Shown piece by piece: positions 49,126 through 63,556 of a stretch of 64,000 nt of DNA (positions within the stretch are counted from its first letter, which is position 1; each line of letters starts with the position of its first letter). Below the pieces are notes generated by a model, which worked only from the letters and a program-made list of their open reading frames with translations, did no database searches and was not told where the DNA came from. The stretch comes from Dictyostelium discoideum (Eukaryota): contig CM000151.3 in assembly GCA_000004695.1 (NCBI GenBank), forward strand, positions 5,280,001-5,344,000. Reading direction: 5' to 3'. The translations under genes were made by a program, and so were the position numbers.

Positions 49126-49745
49126 ATGTTTGCCAGATTAGCCAGAGCTAACTACTTAAAGGTAATTATTCTTTAAGTTTTAATACTAAAAAAAAAAAAA
49201 AAAACTACAATTCAAATAAAAAATAAAATACCAAATAAATTTAATTAATAAAATACAATGAATAAATACAATAAAAAAACCGATTTATATAATTTGAAAA
49301 TAAATTTTGCTAATTAATTTTTTTTTAAATTTTTTTTTTCTTTTCTTTTACATTTATATTTTATAATTAAACATTAGAATTCAGGTAGATACTTCTCTAC
49401 TGAGCCAGTATGTATTTGCAATTATAATTGAACATCAAAAAAAAAAAAAAAAAAAAAAATTTTTAAAAAAAAAAAAAAAAAAACGACAAGTCAAATGTCA
49501 AATGATTGGGGGGTCTTCAATATTAATATCAATATATTTTTATTATTATTTTTATTTTTATAAATTTTAGACCTTAAAAGAAAGATTAGTTCAAATCATC
49601 CCAGGTAAAATTGAACAAGTTAAACAATTAAAAACTGAACATGGTGACAAAATCATTGGTACCTGTACTGTTGCACAAGTAATTATCAATTTATTGTTTA
49701 AAAATCATATTATCAATCAATCAATCAATCATTTCAATATATTCT

Positions 49746-49783
<38 letters not shown>

Positions 49784-51062
49784 TTTACTAATTTAAAATT
49801 TTAAATATATATAAATTATTATTATTTTAGGCTTATGGTGGTATGAGATCAGTTAAATCATTAGTTACTGAAACATCATCATTAGATCCAGAAGAAGGCA
49901 TTAGATTCCGTGGTTTAACAATCCCAGAATGTCAAGAGAAATTACCAAAAGCTCCAGGTGGTGCTGAACCATTACCAGAAGGTATTTTATGGTTACTTTT
50001 AACTGGTGAAGTTCCAACTGAATCACAAGTTAAAACCTTATCAAAAGATTTAGCTAAACGTGCTGGTTTACCAAAACACGTCACCTCAATGATTAAAGCA
50101 TTCCCAGAGCAAATGCATCCAATGTCACAATTGGCCGCTGCTATTTTAGCACTCCAAGGTGAAAGCAAATTCGTCAAAGCCTACAATGATGGTGTCAAAA
50201 AAGATAAATATTGGGAATCAACTTTAGAAGATTCTTTAGATGTCATTGCCAAATTACCAGAAGTTGCAGCTCTCATCTATCAAAACACATATAAAAAGAG
50301 TGATATCACTCACAAAATCGATGAAAACCTCGATTGGTCTGCCAATTTCAATCGTATGTTGGGTTACACCTCAAAAGATTTCGATGAACTCATGAGACTT
50401 TACCTCACCATTCATACTGATCATGAAGGTGGTAACGTTAGTGCTCATACAACTCATTTAGTAGGTTCCGCCTTATCTGACAGTTATTTATCATTAAGTG
50501 TATGTATTATTATATTATTTTTAAAAAAAAAACCAATTTAAACACACTAAATATAATTTGTACTAATTCAAAAAATTTTCTATTTTTTTTTTTTTCCAAT
50601 TTAAAAATTTAATAGGCTGGTATGTGTGGTCTTGCTGGTCCATTACATGGTTTAGCCAATCAAGAAGTACTTTCATGGACAATGAAATTACAAGAAAAAT
50701 TAGGAAACAAAGAAGTCTCAAATGAAGTTTTATCAGAAGCCATCTGGGAAGGTTTAAACGCTGGTCGTGTTGTACCAGGATTTGGTCATGCCGTCTTAAG
50801 AAAGACTGATCCACGTTACACTTGTCAACGTGAGTTTGCTCTTAAACATTTACCACAAGATCCATTATTCAAATTAGTCAGCCAAATCTACGAAGTTGTT
50901 CCAGATATTTTAACTAAACACGGTAAAACCAAGAACCCATATCCAAATGTTGATGCTCACTCTGGTTGTTTATTACAATACTATGGCTTAAAAGAAGTAT
51001 GTTTTCTTTTTTTTTTTATTTTATTTTTATTATTTCCCCATCTTTAATAGTGACTAACCATA

Positions 51063-51112
<50 letters not shown>

Positions 51113-51271
51113 CATAACTTCTACACTGTTTTATTCGGTGTTTCAAGAGCCATTGGTGTTTTATCATCATTAGTTTGGGATCGTATCTTAGGTCACCCAA
51201 TCGAAAGACCAAAATCAGTCACCACTGAATGGATTTCATCTTACGTAAACTCTGACCAATCAAAAAAATAA
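49126..51271 (+). CDS. Citrate synthase, mitochondrial type; 5 exons, about 450 aa
   Basis: Exons 49126..49161 ([12 protein letters not shown]|GTAATT), 49571..49678, 49831..50499 (..SLS|GTATGT), 50616..50996 (..YYGLKE|GTATGT) and 51113..51271. Every junction is in phase. Motifs [25 protein letters not shown] and [15 protein letters not shown] are classic citrate-synthase active-site segments. Confidence 0.9.
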
Positions 51272-51811
51272 ATTTAAGTAATAAAATCTAAAAAAAAAAA
51301 AAAATAGATATCGACAAGTAAAAAATATTTTTTGGTTCTACATTCAAATTTTTAATTGGTTTTTTAAAAATTCCTTTGTGATTAATTTTATTTAAAACAT
51401 TTTTTTTTTTTTTTTATTTATGTAAATTATTTTTTTTATATTTAAATAATTTATGGTTGATAATTGGAAAAGTAACAATAGAATTTGACCCAAATCTTTG
51501 GAAATGTATTTCAAATATTGGAATTACTGATAAATGGAAAAAATAAAACCTTGGGACTCTAATAATAAATAATCATTATGAATGATATTAACAAATTTAA
51601 ATTGGATTATCTAAACAATTATTTCCATATTTTTTTTTGTTTTAATCCAATTTTAACTAAAACTTAAATAATATAAAAAAAAAATAATTTCTTTCTTGCT
51701 ATTTTTTCTCTTTTTTTATTTATTTGTATGTTTTTTTTTTACTTTTATTTATATGTTTTTTTTTTTTTTTATTTTTTTATTTTTTTTTATTTTTTTTATT
51801 TTTTTATTCAA

Positions 51812-51966
51812 TTATTTATTAAAGTTAAAGGAAAGTAAGGCCATAAGACATTTTTGGAATTCATAATCTGTTTTTGAGAAACTATTACTATAATCACTTT
51901 GTTCAATGTATTTTTGGAGTGATCTATTTTAAAAAAAAAATTTATGTTAGAAGTTTATAAAATGAG

Positions 51967-52015
<49 letters not shown>

Positions 52016-54539
52016 ATACTTTTCCATTTGCTCTCTAATTGAAAGTAAAAGATGGCAAGATAAAGTTGGAATGTAAAATTTAATTTGAGTTCCATTTATG
52101 GAGACAGTTGAATTTTCAGTTGAAGTTTGATTGAAAATTGGAGTTGAGCCAAAGAGTAACAAAGAGATTTCAGGAATTCTTGTGATCGTTTTAATAAAGG
52201 TTAACTTTGTTTTGAACTTCTCTTCAAAGATAACCCAATTTTCCTTTGGATTAAGTTCTTGGAATAAATTGTAAACGATTGAAGAAGGATGTAAAAAGGT
52301 ATTTTCAGAGAGGGTTTTAAATTCTCTTTTCTTTCTTTGTCTAGCAATATTTGGGAAAAGACCAGAACAAATGATTGCTCTGATAATATCTAAATTATTA
52401 CTATTTTCATTAAAGAAGCTATTATTAACGAAACCATCACGAAGTTGAGCATTGATAATACCTAAATCATTAATGGTTGATAGTAATTGTTTCTTTACTT
52501 TCAAGATTTGTTGTAACAATGGAATTGATAAGAAATCTTGACAATATTGATCCTCTGTGCCATCCATTCTTGATTGTAACCAACCATTAAATATATTTAA
52601 AAATGATAAATGATCACTTTGTAATTCTGGATATAAATTCTTTGGTTGTTGTGGTTGTTGTTGATAATAATTATTATAATAGCTATTGTTGTTATTATTA
52701 TTATTATTGTTATTATTATCATTACCTTGATTATATAAAGTTGTTATAGGATTCTTTTGATTAGAGAAAGAAGCAATTGTTAAGATTGGATCTAAACATC
52801 TAAAGTAACTACCAAGAATAATCATTTTACCAATTCTTGGATCAACAGGAATAAATGATAATTGTAAACCTAATGGAGTTAATTCTTGATTAGCATTTAA
52901 TGCACCCAAATCGATGAGAAGATTGATTGCATTATCGATAGATTTAGTTTCGGGTGGTTCTAATGCTTCAGAGAGGAAACCAATTACATCACCCAAAACC
53001 AAAACTTTAACTTGAAGACAAAGTTCATGCAATGGCATACGACGCATTTCAGACAATTGAAATTCTTCCAAAGTATTGTAACGATCTCTTGAAACCATAT
53101 GATAGCAAACACCATCTTTTCTAACACGACCAGCTCTACCACGTCTTTGTTTCAAAGATGATTTACAAGCCCAAACGGTTTGGAAGAGGGTTAAATCTCT
53201 TTGAGTTTCATGATATTTTAATTTAACCTTTGCAGAGTCAATAACGTAGACGACATCGTTGATTGTAATTGAAGTCTCAGCAATATTGGTGGAGAGTACG
53301 ATCTTTCTAATTTTTGGTGGTGGCTTTTCAAATACTTTTGCTTGTAATTGCATTGAAACACTTGAATGTAATGGTAGAATTAAGAATTCATTTTCATTTC
53401 TAAGCATTGGATGTCTTCTCATCAATTCTCTAGTTTGCGAGATATCTTCCCAACCTGGTAAAAATATAAGGATTGAATCTTCCGAAGTTGATGATACTTT
53501 GGTTACAATGTGTACAATCAATTGTAAAATCATTTCATGGTCGACATCATCCGATTGTTCATCACGATAACTTATGGTTGGATCATTCAATTGTTTTGAA
53601 ATATCTTCCAAGAAATATTCTTGTGCAATATGATGATATGATGTTAATTTAATAACTGGACATGTTCCAAAATAAGCTGATACTAAACTATTATCCATTG
53701 TTGCACTCATTAAAATTACTCTTAAATTATTATTATCTGCTAATAATTTCTTTAAAATAATTAATAAGAAATCACTATATTTATATAAAAGATAATGTTA
53801 ATAAAATGTTTTAATTTTAAAAATATATATTTTTTTAAAATAAATATATATATATATTTTTACATACGTATGAATATCTCTTTCATGAACTTCATCAATG
53901 AATAAATGACTAACATTATGTAATTTCATATCAGAATACATTCTTTTTAAGAGAATACCAGGAGTACAAACCAATAATTTTGAAGTACCTAATGGTTGAA
54001 CATTATCAAATCTAATTTGATAACCAACTGTATCACCAACTTTTTCCAATCTTTCATATGCCATTCTTTCTGCTGCACCCAATACAGAGATACGTCTTGG
54101 TTGAGTCATAACGATATTACAATAAGGTGCATGACCTGAATCGATCATATCTTCAATTACAAATTGTGGAATTTGAGTGGTTTTACCACAACCAGTATCA
54201 CCCATAATAATGATGATTTGATTATTCTTTATAGATTCAATCAAATGTGAACGTTGTTTGAAAATTGGTAACTCTGTTCTCTTTTGATAGATTCTCTTAT
54301 ATTCAGCTGTTTGTCTCTTATTATGTTCGTAAGCTCTTCTTTCAATACCAATATCTGATAACTCTTCAAATGATTTTACATCCAATAATGTTTGTTGTGG
54401 TGTATATGTATTGATCTTTTTATTTAATTGTAAAATCTTTCTTGGATAAAATTCATTATTTTGATATGTAACACTTTCTAATGTTTCTCTTGATTGTTGA
54501 TAAATTTCTGGTGGTATATCATAATTAATTTTAAACTTT

Positions 54540-54597
<58 letters not shown>

Positions 54598-55875
54598 CAA
54601 ATGTATTTAAATATTTGTAAAATATAGATTGAAAAAAAAAAATATAAAAACTTACAAATTCATCAGATAAAGTTGAGGATTTTGGTGCTTTATATTCTGG
54701 TTGAATTAATTCATTCTCTAATAAATATTCACAAGCATCAACAGCAGCTAAATTTTCAGATAATTTTTTATTATCAGATTCAGTTATTGTAATCTTTTGA
54801 ACTACACCTTGAATTGGTAAATACATTTCAACAACAAATGTTTTTGAAAATTTCATGAGGCTACCTCTTGATGTTTCATGACTTCTATATACATTATTCT
54901 CTGGGTATCCAAATTGTTTACAATATTGTTCAATCTTTCTTTTTGCTGCATCAAATTTCCAACTTATACCAGATGGACCTAAAATACCATCTTTGTATTT
55001 TAAAAATAAAAAATTATTATGTTGAAAGAAAAAAAAGAAAAAATAAAAAATAATAAAAACATACTTATACCACCATTACTATGACTTAATAAACAAGAGT
55101 TTTCAAATTCTAAACAACTTGATCTAATACCTTTTTGTTGAACCAATTTCTTTGATTCATCAAATTGAGAATCTGGAACTGTTTCCATTTGTAGTTCACC
55201 ACCGCCACCACCACTTCCGCCACCGCTTGCCATATCTGAGGGGAAATTAGTAGTGGATGAGCCTTTATTTGAGGAATTGATTAAACCCATTTCAGCTAAT
55301 ACCCTACAAGCTTTTTCTGCACATTGAGTTTTAGATTCATTCTTACTTGAACCTTTACCTGTAATTTTCATTGAATCCCTACCCAAATGTGTTGGAAATG
55401 GGAGTTCTAATATAGTTTCAAATGTTTGATTTGGTGGTAAACCATGCGATGTTGATGATATATATTGATCATTTGGTCTCTTTCCTAATTTAATCATGTA
55501 TTGATTTAAGAATCCTTTAGAATTCTCGATTGTAAATATATTATTACTTCCACTACCACTTCCTCCACTACCTCCACTACCTCCACTACCCCCACTACTA
55601 CTACTACTAATATTAAAGTTACTATTTAAATTACCTAATAAAATTGATGAAAATGATAATTGTTATGGTGATGGTGTTAATAATAAGTTTAATATATATT
55701 TGATTTGATTTGAATGAATAGTAATGTTGAAAGAAGAGAAAAAGAAGAAAAATAACGATGGTGATAGTGTTGATAAAGATGATAAGTCAATATTACCTCC
55801 AACATTACTTGTATATCTAAAACTTGGTGATTCAACTGGTGGTATTGTTTGTCGATTATAACCACCATAATTTTG

Positions 55876-55926
<51 letters not shown>

Positions 55927-56387
55927 ATTATTATTATTATTGTTATTATTGTTATTATTATAGCCACCCATTCCACCATTATAACTGGATTGACCTAATC
56001 TATCGTAACTACTTAAATATTCATCATTTAGTTTATTACTATCATTATGGTGAAGTAATTGAAATGGATCACCTGCATAAACTGGTGCAGGTTGTTCGAA
56101 ATGATTGATTGGGTTTGATAATAATGGTTGTTGTTGTTGTAAAATTGGTGGTGTTTGTTGGTAATTATTAATATTATTCTCAAGTCCACTATAATTATTA
56201 TTATTGTTATTATTATTATTATTATTCAAACTATTTAATCCACTGTTAATAATATTATTATTAATATTATTATTATTATTATAAGATGTTTGCCCTTGGT
56301 TGTTATTATTATTATTGTTGTTACTATTATTATTATTATTATTATAAGATGTTTGTCCTTGGTTATTATTGTTGTTATTGTTATTAC

Positions 56388-56439
<52 letters not shown>

Positions 56440-56648
56440 ATTGATATTACTATTACTTGTATTATAAACTTTATTTCCTCCTTTATTTAAATAGCTATTG
56501 TTTTTATTTCCAAAAACGCTATTCCCTCTGTAGTTATTGTTTGAATTATTGAAGTCATTATTATAACTATTATAGTTATTGTAGTTATTATAATTAGATC
56601 TACCACCGCTACTAAAGTTGTTATTATAGTTATTATTATTATTATTGC

Positions 56649-56700
<52 letters not shown>

Positions 56701-56940
56701 GTTGTTGCTATTGTAACTGTTGTTATTATTATTGTTGCTATTGTAACTGTTGTTATAGCTATTATTGTAGCTCATGGTGTTTCTAAACCTTTTATTATTA
56801 TTATTAGGATCAAATTCCTCTGAATTGTTAAGAGGAAATGAATTGTCCTGAAAGTATGGTCTATCTGTTTTACCTATTTTTCTAATCAAAACTTTTAAGT
56901 ATGAAATAGATTTTAAGTTTTTTAATATATTATATTCCAA
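51812..56940 (-). CDS. DEAH-box RNA helicase, DHX9 (RNA helicase A)-like: N/Y/G-rich N-terminus, two dsRBDs, helicase core, HA2/OB; 6 exons proposed
   Basis: Exons on the minus strand: 55797..56940 (N/Y-rich; GGA G|GTAATA), 55065..55634 (dsRBD1, ENSKGFLNQYMIKLGKRPNDQY...SKTQCAEKACRVLAEMGL; ATA A|GTATGT), 54656..54990 (dsRBD2, ISWKFDAAKRKIEQYCKQFGYPENNVYRSHE...; GAA TTT|GTAAGT), 53868..54535 (motif I GDTGCGKTTQIPQF, motif II DEVHERD; CAT AC|GTATGT), about 52020..53774 (tatag|T GAT TTC.. LMSAT, VLSTNIAETSITINDVVYVIDS, HA2/OB; GAA AA|GTATGT before a ~45-nt poly-A) and, tentatively, 51812..51923. The helicase core is DHX9-like throughout. Without the last splice the ORF would read through poly-T as poly-Phe. 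Confidence 0.75.
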
Positions 56941-57298
56941 TCGAATTGAAACCGAGAGAAAAAATATTTTTTAACAAAATTTCAAAAAAAAAAAAAAAAA
57001 AAAAAAAATTTAAATATAAAAAAAAAATTATGAAAAAAAAAAATAAAAAAATTAAAAAAATTAAAAAAATAAAAAATTTTCATTTAATTAAATAAAAAAA
57101 TAATAATAATAATAATAATTATAATAAAAATAGAACTCTATTAATAATTATATGAATTTAAATATATATATATATATATATAATTTAAATTATTTATTAT
57201 TTAATTTTAAGAAATAATAAAAAAAACTATTACTATTAGCACAATTATTTTTATTTTTATTGTTATTTTTCTTTTTTTTTTTTTTTTTTTTTTTTTAT

Positions 57299-57676
57299 TT
57301 ATTTAACATAAAGTGTTGGATCTATTCTGTACATATTACCATATTGAATTGAAGGTGTTTGTTTTTCATCAACTTCAACAACACACACTGACATTGCTAA
57401 AATTTAAAAAATAAAATAAAATAAATTAGTTTTAATTAATTTTTTGAGATGATAATAATTTATTATTTATGAAAAAAAAAAATAATAATAAAATAACATA
57501 CTATCTTGATCAACGATTCTATATGTTACAATTACAGTTGAATGAGGTTGAAAAAAATTTAATACTGCCACATTATTGAAAGAAAAGAATTTACCATGAC
57601 ATGGTGTCCCAATATATGTCCATTCTAAATAAGTTTCTAAATTTTTTGGTGCTGTTTTAAACTAATTACAATAATT

Positions 57677-57726
<50 letters not shown>

Positions 57727-58172
57727 AAATAATATTATTTAATCAGTACATTGAAATGATAACACACTAAACATAGTATTTTTTTTTTTTTTTTTTTTTT
57801 TTTTTCACCTTCATAGTATAACCAAAATGTAATTCATTTTTGTTTAAACTTTTACCAAAACTCCATTTTAAATTTCTAGAGCCAGGCTCTGTATCATATT
57901 TTGTAAATTCTTCAATCTATTTATAAAATTACTCCCACCTATTAGTATCTTTACAAAAATCTATATTGATATCATATGAAATCATTTGATTGATATCATT
58001 TGATTATGATATGATATGATGTGATATGATGTGAGATGATACATACAAAAACTACAGTATTACTTGTTCTTATATGGTGAAATAGACCACCAAACTCTTT
58101 CCACTCTAGATTTCTTTTCCATGAACCAAGAAGATATGTGTAAAAATCATTATCTTGAATGTGAAACTATAA

Positions 58173-58208
<36 letters not shown>

Positions 58209-58359
58209 ATGTTTTTTTTTTTTTAAAAAAAAAAAAATTATATTAGATTAGATAAGATTAGATTAATTAGGTATAAAAAACTTAATTGAAATTTTAATCA
58301 TTGATAAATTACCCTCATAGGTTTTGGTACCCCCTCTATATTGGTTCCACTATTCCCTC

Positions 58360-58447
<88 letters not shown>

Positions 58448-58585
58448 GCTATTATTATTATTATTATTATTGCCACCAATATTATTACTATTATTATTAT
58501 TATTAAAATTATGTATTTGCTGAATCCTAGGTGATGTGCCTGACAAAACAGGCGCTACACTTATTTTTCTCCAATTATTATCCAT
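57299..58585 (-). CDS. Hypothetical protein: poly-N N-terminus plus a conserved-looking ~160-aa C-terminal domain; 5 exons, about 252 aa
   Basis: Exons 58313..58585 (MDNNWRKISVAPV..., ends AGG|GTAATT), 58047..58166 (tttatag|TTT CAC.., 40 codons, GTT TTT|GTATGT), 57809..57916 (aaatag|ATT GAA.., 36 codons, AAG|GTGAAA), 57502..57661 (gtaattag|TTT AAA.., GAT A|GTATGT) and 57299..57396 (tttag|CA ATG.., stop TAA). All five are phase-consistent and were found outside the ORF track. I could not assign a domain family. Confidence 0.65.
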
Positions 58586-58678
58586 GTTTTACTTTATTTT
58601 ATTTTATTTTTATTTTTATTTTTATTTTTATTTTTTTTTTTATTTTTTTATTTTTATTTTTAACTTAAAAAACTTTTG

Positions 58679-58736
<58 letters not shown>

Positions 58737-58927
58737 AAAATAAAACAAATTCGAGGTAAAGCAATATATAGATTAGTTTGAATAAAAAAATAATAAAAAA
58801 TAATAATAATAAAAAAAAAATAATAATAAAAAAAAGGGTAACATACGAATTCTTCACAACAACATTATCTAACAAACCACTTTTTTTTTATTTTATTTTA
58901 TTTTTATTTTTTTTTTATAATAAAATT

Positions 58928-58958
<31 letters not shown>

Positions 58959-59599
58959 TACTATTTTTTTTTTTTTTTTTTTTTTATTTATTTTCCCTTT
59001 TTAATTAAAACTGTATACTTAATCCTACTTTGGATATAATATATTTGTACAAATATCTAAATAATTTTTTTTTTGTTTTTTTATTTTATTTTGTTTTTTT
59101 TTATTTTGTTTTTTTTTTTATTTATTTTTTTTTTTTTTTTTTTTCAATTTTTAAAATTTTTTTTTTTATTTTTATTTTTTTTTATTTTTTTTATTTTAAA
59201 AAAAAAAACCAAACCAAAATCCTCCTCAGAATTTTTAATAGTAGGAAAAAAAAAAAAAAAAAAAAGATCACATCAAAAAAAAAATATTAATATTAAGTAA
59301 CTTTACAACAATCAGTATGCTAAAAAACCAAAATAAAAATAACAGTAGCAATAATAATATAACATTATCATTTAGAGTCATCAAATTAAATACATATTGG
59401 GGTTATTTTAGTTCAGGATAAAGAAAAAATAATAATAATAAAAAAAAAAAAAAAAAAAAAAAAATCAACAACACAGCATAACACAACACAATACAATTTT
59501 TTTTTAAAAAAAAAAAGAAAACAAAAAAAAAAAAAAAATTAAAAAGTAATATTAAACTGAAAATAAAATTTAAACGAAAGAAAGAGAAAAATCAAAGAA

Positions 59600-60709
<1,110 letters not shown>

Positions 60710-60769
60710 TCCTTAATAACCAACCATTCTATACCTGGTATTAAAAAAGTGTTTGGACAATAATAATAA

Positions 60770-60955
<186 letters not shown>

Positions 60956-61038
60956 TGTTCTAAAATCAATAATAGCTACAAACTCTATTATATCTATATA
61001 TAACAATAAAATCAAATATCAATACAATCATTAAATGT

Positions 61039-61073
<35 letters not shown>

Positions 61074-61224
61074 AATAATTAATTAAATAAATACTTAATA
61101 ATGTAAATAAATAATCCTCCTTTTTTTTTTTTTTTATTTTTTTTTTATTTTATTTTTTTCATTCACATATGTGATTTGTGTTTTTTTTTTTTTTTTCATT
61201 TATTATACTTAAGAGTGATTGGTT

Positions 61225-62916
61225 TTATTTAATATAAGTTATCATATTTTGTTTTTTATATCCACCCCATGATGAATAATAATTAAAATTATCAAATTTA
61301 AATGATTTAATATGTGGATATTTTTTAATTAAATTATAAAATATGAATCTTTCAGAGTAGTAGCCTAAATAAACCCAATTTGTATTAAACACTATGGAAT
61401 GAAAGTGAATAATATTTTGATTTCTTTTAATTATATTTTTAAATATTTGTGGAGTATTTGATGATTTAAGTGTAAACTTTTTCAAAGATTTAATTGATAC
61501 CACTAAATTTGTAATTTCTTTAAAAAATGAAAATGAATTTAAGTTTGAATTATCAATATTAGAAGGCCATTCGAAATCACCTTTATCCTGTAAAACACTA
61601 TTACAAAATTGGTTAATTATTAAATGTTGTAATCTACTATTATTATTACTAAACAATTCTGAAACTATTTTCCAATTTATTTTTACAAGTTTTTCATATT
61701 CATTGATATTATTTGACATTTGTGAATAATCAATATTAATCAATGGTTTATATCTTTGATTATTTATACAATTAATACATGGAGATAATGAATATTTCAA
61801 TTTCTCTTGATCATTTGATAAGAAATACATTAAATTCTTAAAACAGAAATTTACAGAAACTTCTTTCAATCGATTTGATGAACTTAATATTAATGCAATA
61901 TCTTCAAGTGTTAAATCTAAAATACCAACTGTTATTAAACTTTCAATTATTGATAAATAATTAATACCATTATTAAATGTATTATCATTAATACCATTAT
62001 CATTAACTCCTGATAATAAGTAAAGAAATGATTTAGAAGATATTTTTAAAAATGTAATGTTTTTAATTGAATGTGACCATTTATTAAAAAAATTTAATAT
62101 TTCTATCTTATTTTCATTATTATTTTCACAATAATATATATTTATTGTATAAATTTTAGAAACTTTTAATGTTTGACTGGGATCATCAATTATTCTAAGT
62201 TGCGAAAATTCTTTTAAGTTAATTTTATTAATAAAACCACCAATTAATGGATCATTCTCATAGTTTGGAATATTGACATGAGTTGACCTATTAAAACATA
62301 ATGATGATGATAATTCTTTATCTTTATTTGTTGTTGTTATAATTATCTTTTTAATAATAATCATTCCTTCTGAATCTGAATCTGAATCTGAAGATGATGA
62401 TGAAGATGATGATGATGGTGACGATTTTAAAATCATAAGTTCATTTTTATCATTAATTTTTAAAGTTAAATTGATTTTCGATAAAAAAGATATTAATTGA
62501 TCCATTGATTCACATTTTAAATATTTACAATTTGAAAGTTTAATTATTGAATAATCATTAGTTATTTTGGTTGGTGATGGTTCAATGTCGATGTTGACAA
62601 TGTTATCATTAGATATAGCAGTGTTTAATAATTTATAATTAATTTTATAAACATTTATATTGTTTGAAACAATTTGAAACCAATCTTTACAAACTAATGA
62701 TAGCTTTAATATTAATTGATTTAATTCAATATTAATTTCAAAATATTCTAAACCATTAAATTTATTTTTATTTTTACTATAATAATTTATAAATCGACAT
62801 AATTTAAAAACAATTGAATTTTGAATATATGTTGGTAATTTTGAAAAATTATTATTATTATTATTATTTTTATTATCAAAGATGTAATTTGATATATTTT
62901 TTATAATGCTTTTCAT
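61225..62916 (-). CDS. Asn-rich F-box-like/LRR-like hypothetical protein; paralogue of 40535..42385
   Basis: 563-codon ORF. It shares LPTYIQNSIVFKLCRFINYY (compare LPLYIQKQIIKLLCNHINYN), LSLVCKDWFQIVSNNINV (compare LSLALVNKDWFKTLSDNIRV), NFCFKNLMYFLSNDQEKLKYS and a C-terminal PHIKSFKF motif with the 40.5-kb gene. Confidence 0.7.
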   Translation of the reverse strand: MKSIIKNISNYIFDNKNNNNNNNFSKLPTYIQNSIVFKLCRFINYYSKNKNKFNGLEYFEINIELNQLILKLSLVCKDWFQIVSNNINVYKINYKLLNTAISNDNIVNIDIEPSPTKITNDYSIIKLSNCKYLKCESMDQLISFLSKINLTLKINDKNELMILKSSPSSSSSSSSSDSDSDSEGMIIIKKIIITTTNKDKELSSSLCFNRSTHVNIPNYENDPLIGGFINKINLKEFSQLRIIDDPSQTLKVSKIYTINIYYCENNNENKIEILNFFNKWSHSIKNITFLKISSKSFLYLLSGVNDNGINDNTFNNGINYLSIIESLITVGILDLTLEDIALILSSSNRLKEVSVNFCFKNLMYFLSNDQEKLKYSLSPCINCINNQRYKPLINIDYSQMSNNINEYEKLVKINWKIVSELFSNNNSRLQHLIINQFCNSVLQDKGDFEWPSNIDNSNLNSFSFFKEITNLVVSIKSLKKFTLKSSNTPQIFKNIIKRNQNIIHFHSIVFNTNWVYLGYYSERFIFYNLIKKYPHIKSFKFDNFNYYSSWGGYKKQNMITYIK

Positions 62917-63556
62917 TTTACTATTTTGGGGTGCTATAAATAATCAATTTAAATAAAATTAAAAAAAATATATGTATTTCCACACTGTTTATTATTAAAA
63001 TAAGATTGTGATATAAATATCTGAGAATTTTAAAAAAAAAAAAAAAAAAAATTAAAAGAAACATAATTTTATTAAAAAACTCAAAAAAATATCTTTTTTA
63101 TATTTATAAAGTTATTTTTTGTTATAATAACTTTCTGAAAAAATCTTTTATTGATCTTTATTTTAAATAAATATTTTCAATCCTTTAATAATTTCAATAA
63201 AATGTTTAAGGTTAAATGTTTTTTTTTTTAATTGATTATTTTTTTTATTTTGTTTAAATTAATTTTTTCATTGATATTTTTTTTTTATTTATATGTTTAA
63301 AATTTGGTATATCTTTGGCCATAAAAATGATGTTTTTTTGGCTATAATATTATTTAATCCTATTTTCTTTCAAATAAAATTAATCAAAAACCCAAAAAAA
63401 AAAAAAAAAAACAGGAAAAACGAAATGGTACAACCCAACCCTTTAGATGGTTTTTTTTTTTTTTTTTTTTTTATTTTTCTAATTAAAAAATTTAAAGTAT
63501 AAAATGATAAATTTTAAATTTTTTTAAAATCATTACTTTTATAAACTCAAATTTAA

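Noticed and set aside
51947-52013. Helicase C-terminus reading ...EKYV-(Phe)14-LPHFINF*
   Set aside because: The poly-Phe derives from an intronic-looking poly(A). A GTATGT donor sits exactly at its start, and a phase-matched acceptor with a clean 36-codon exon lies downstream.
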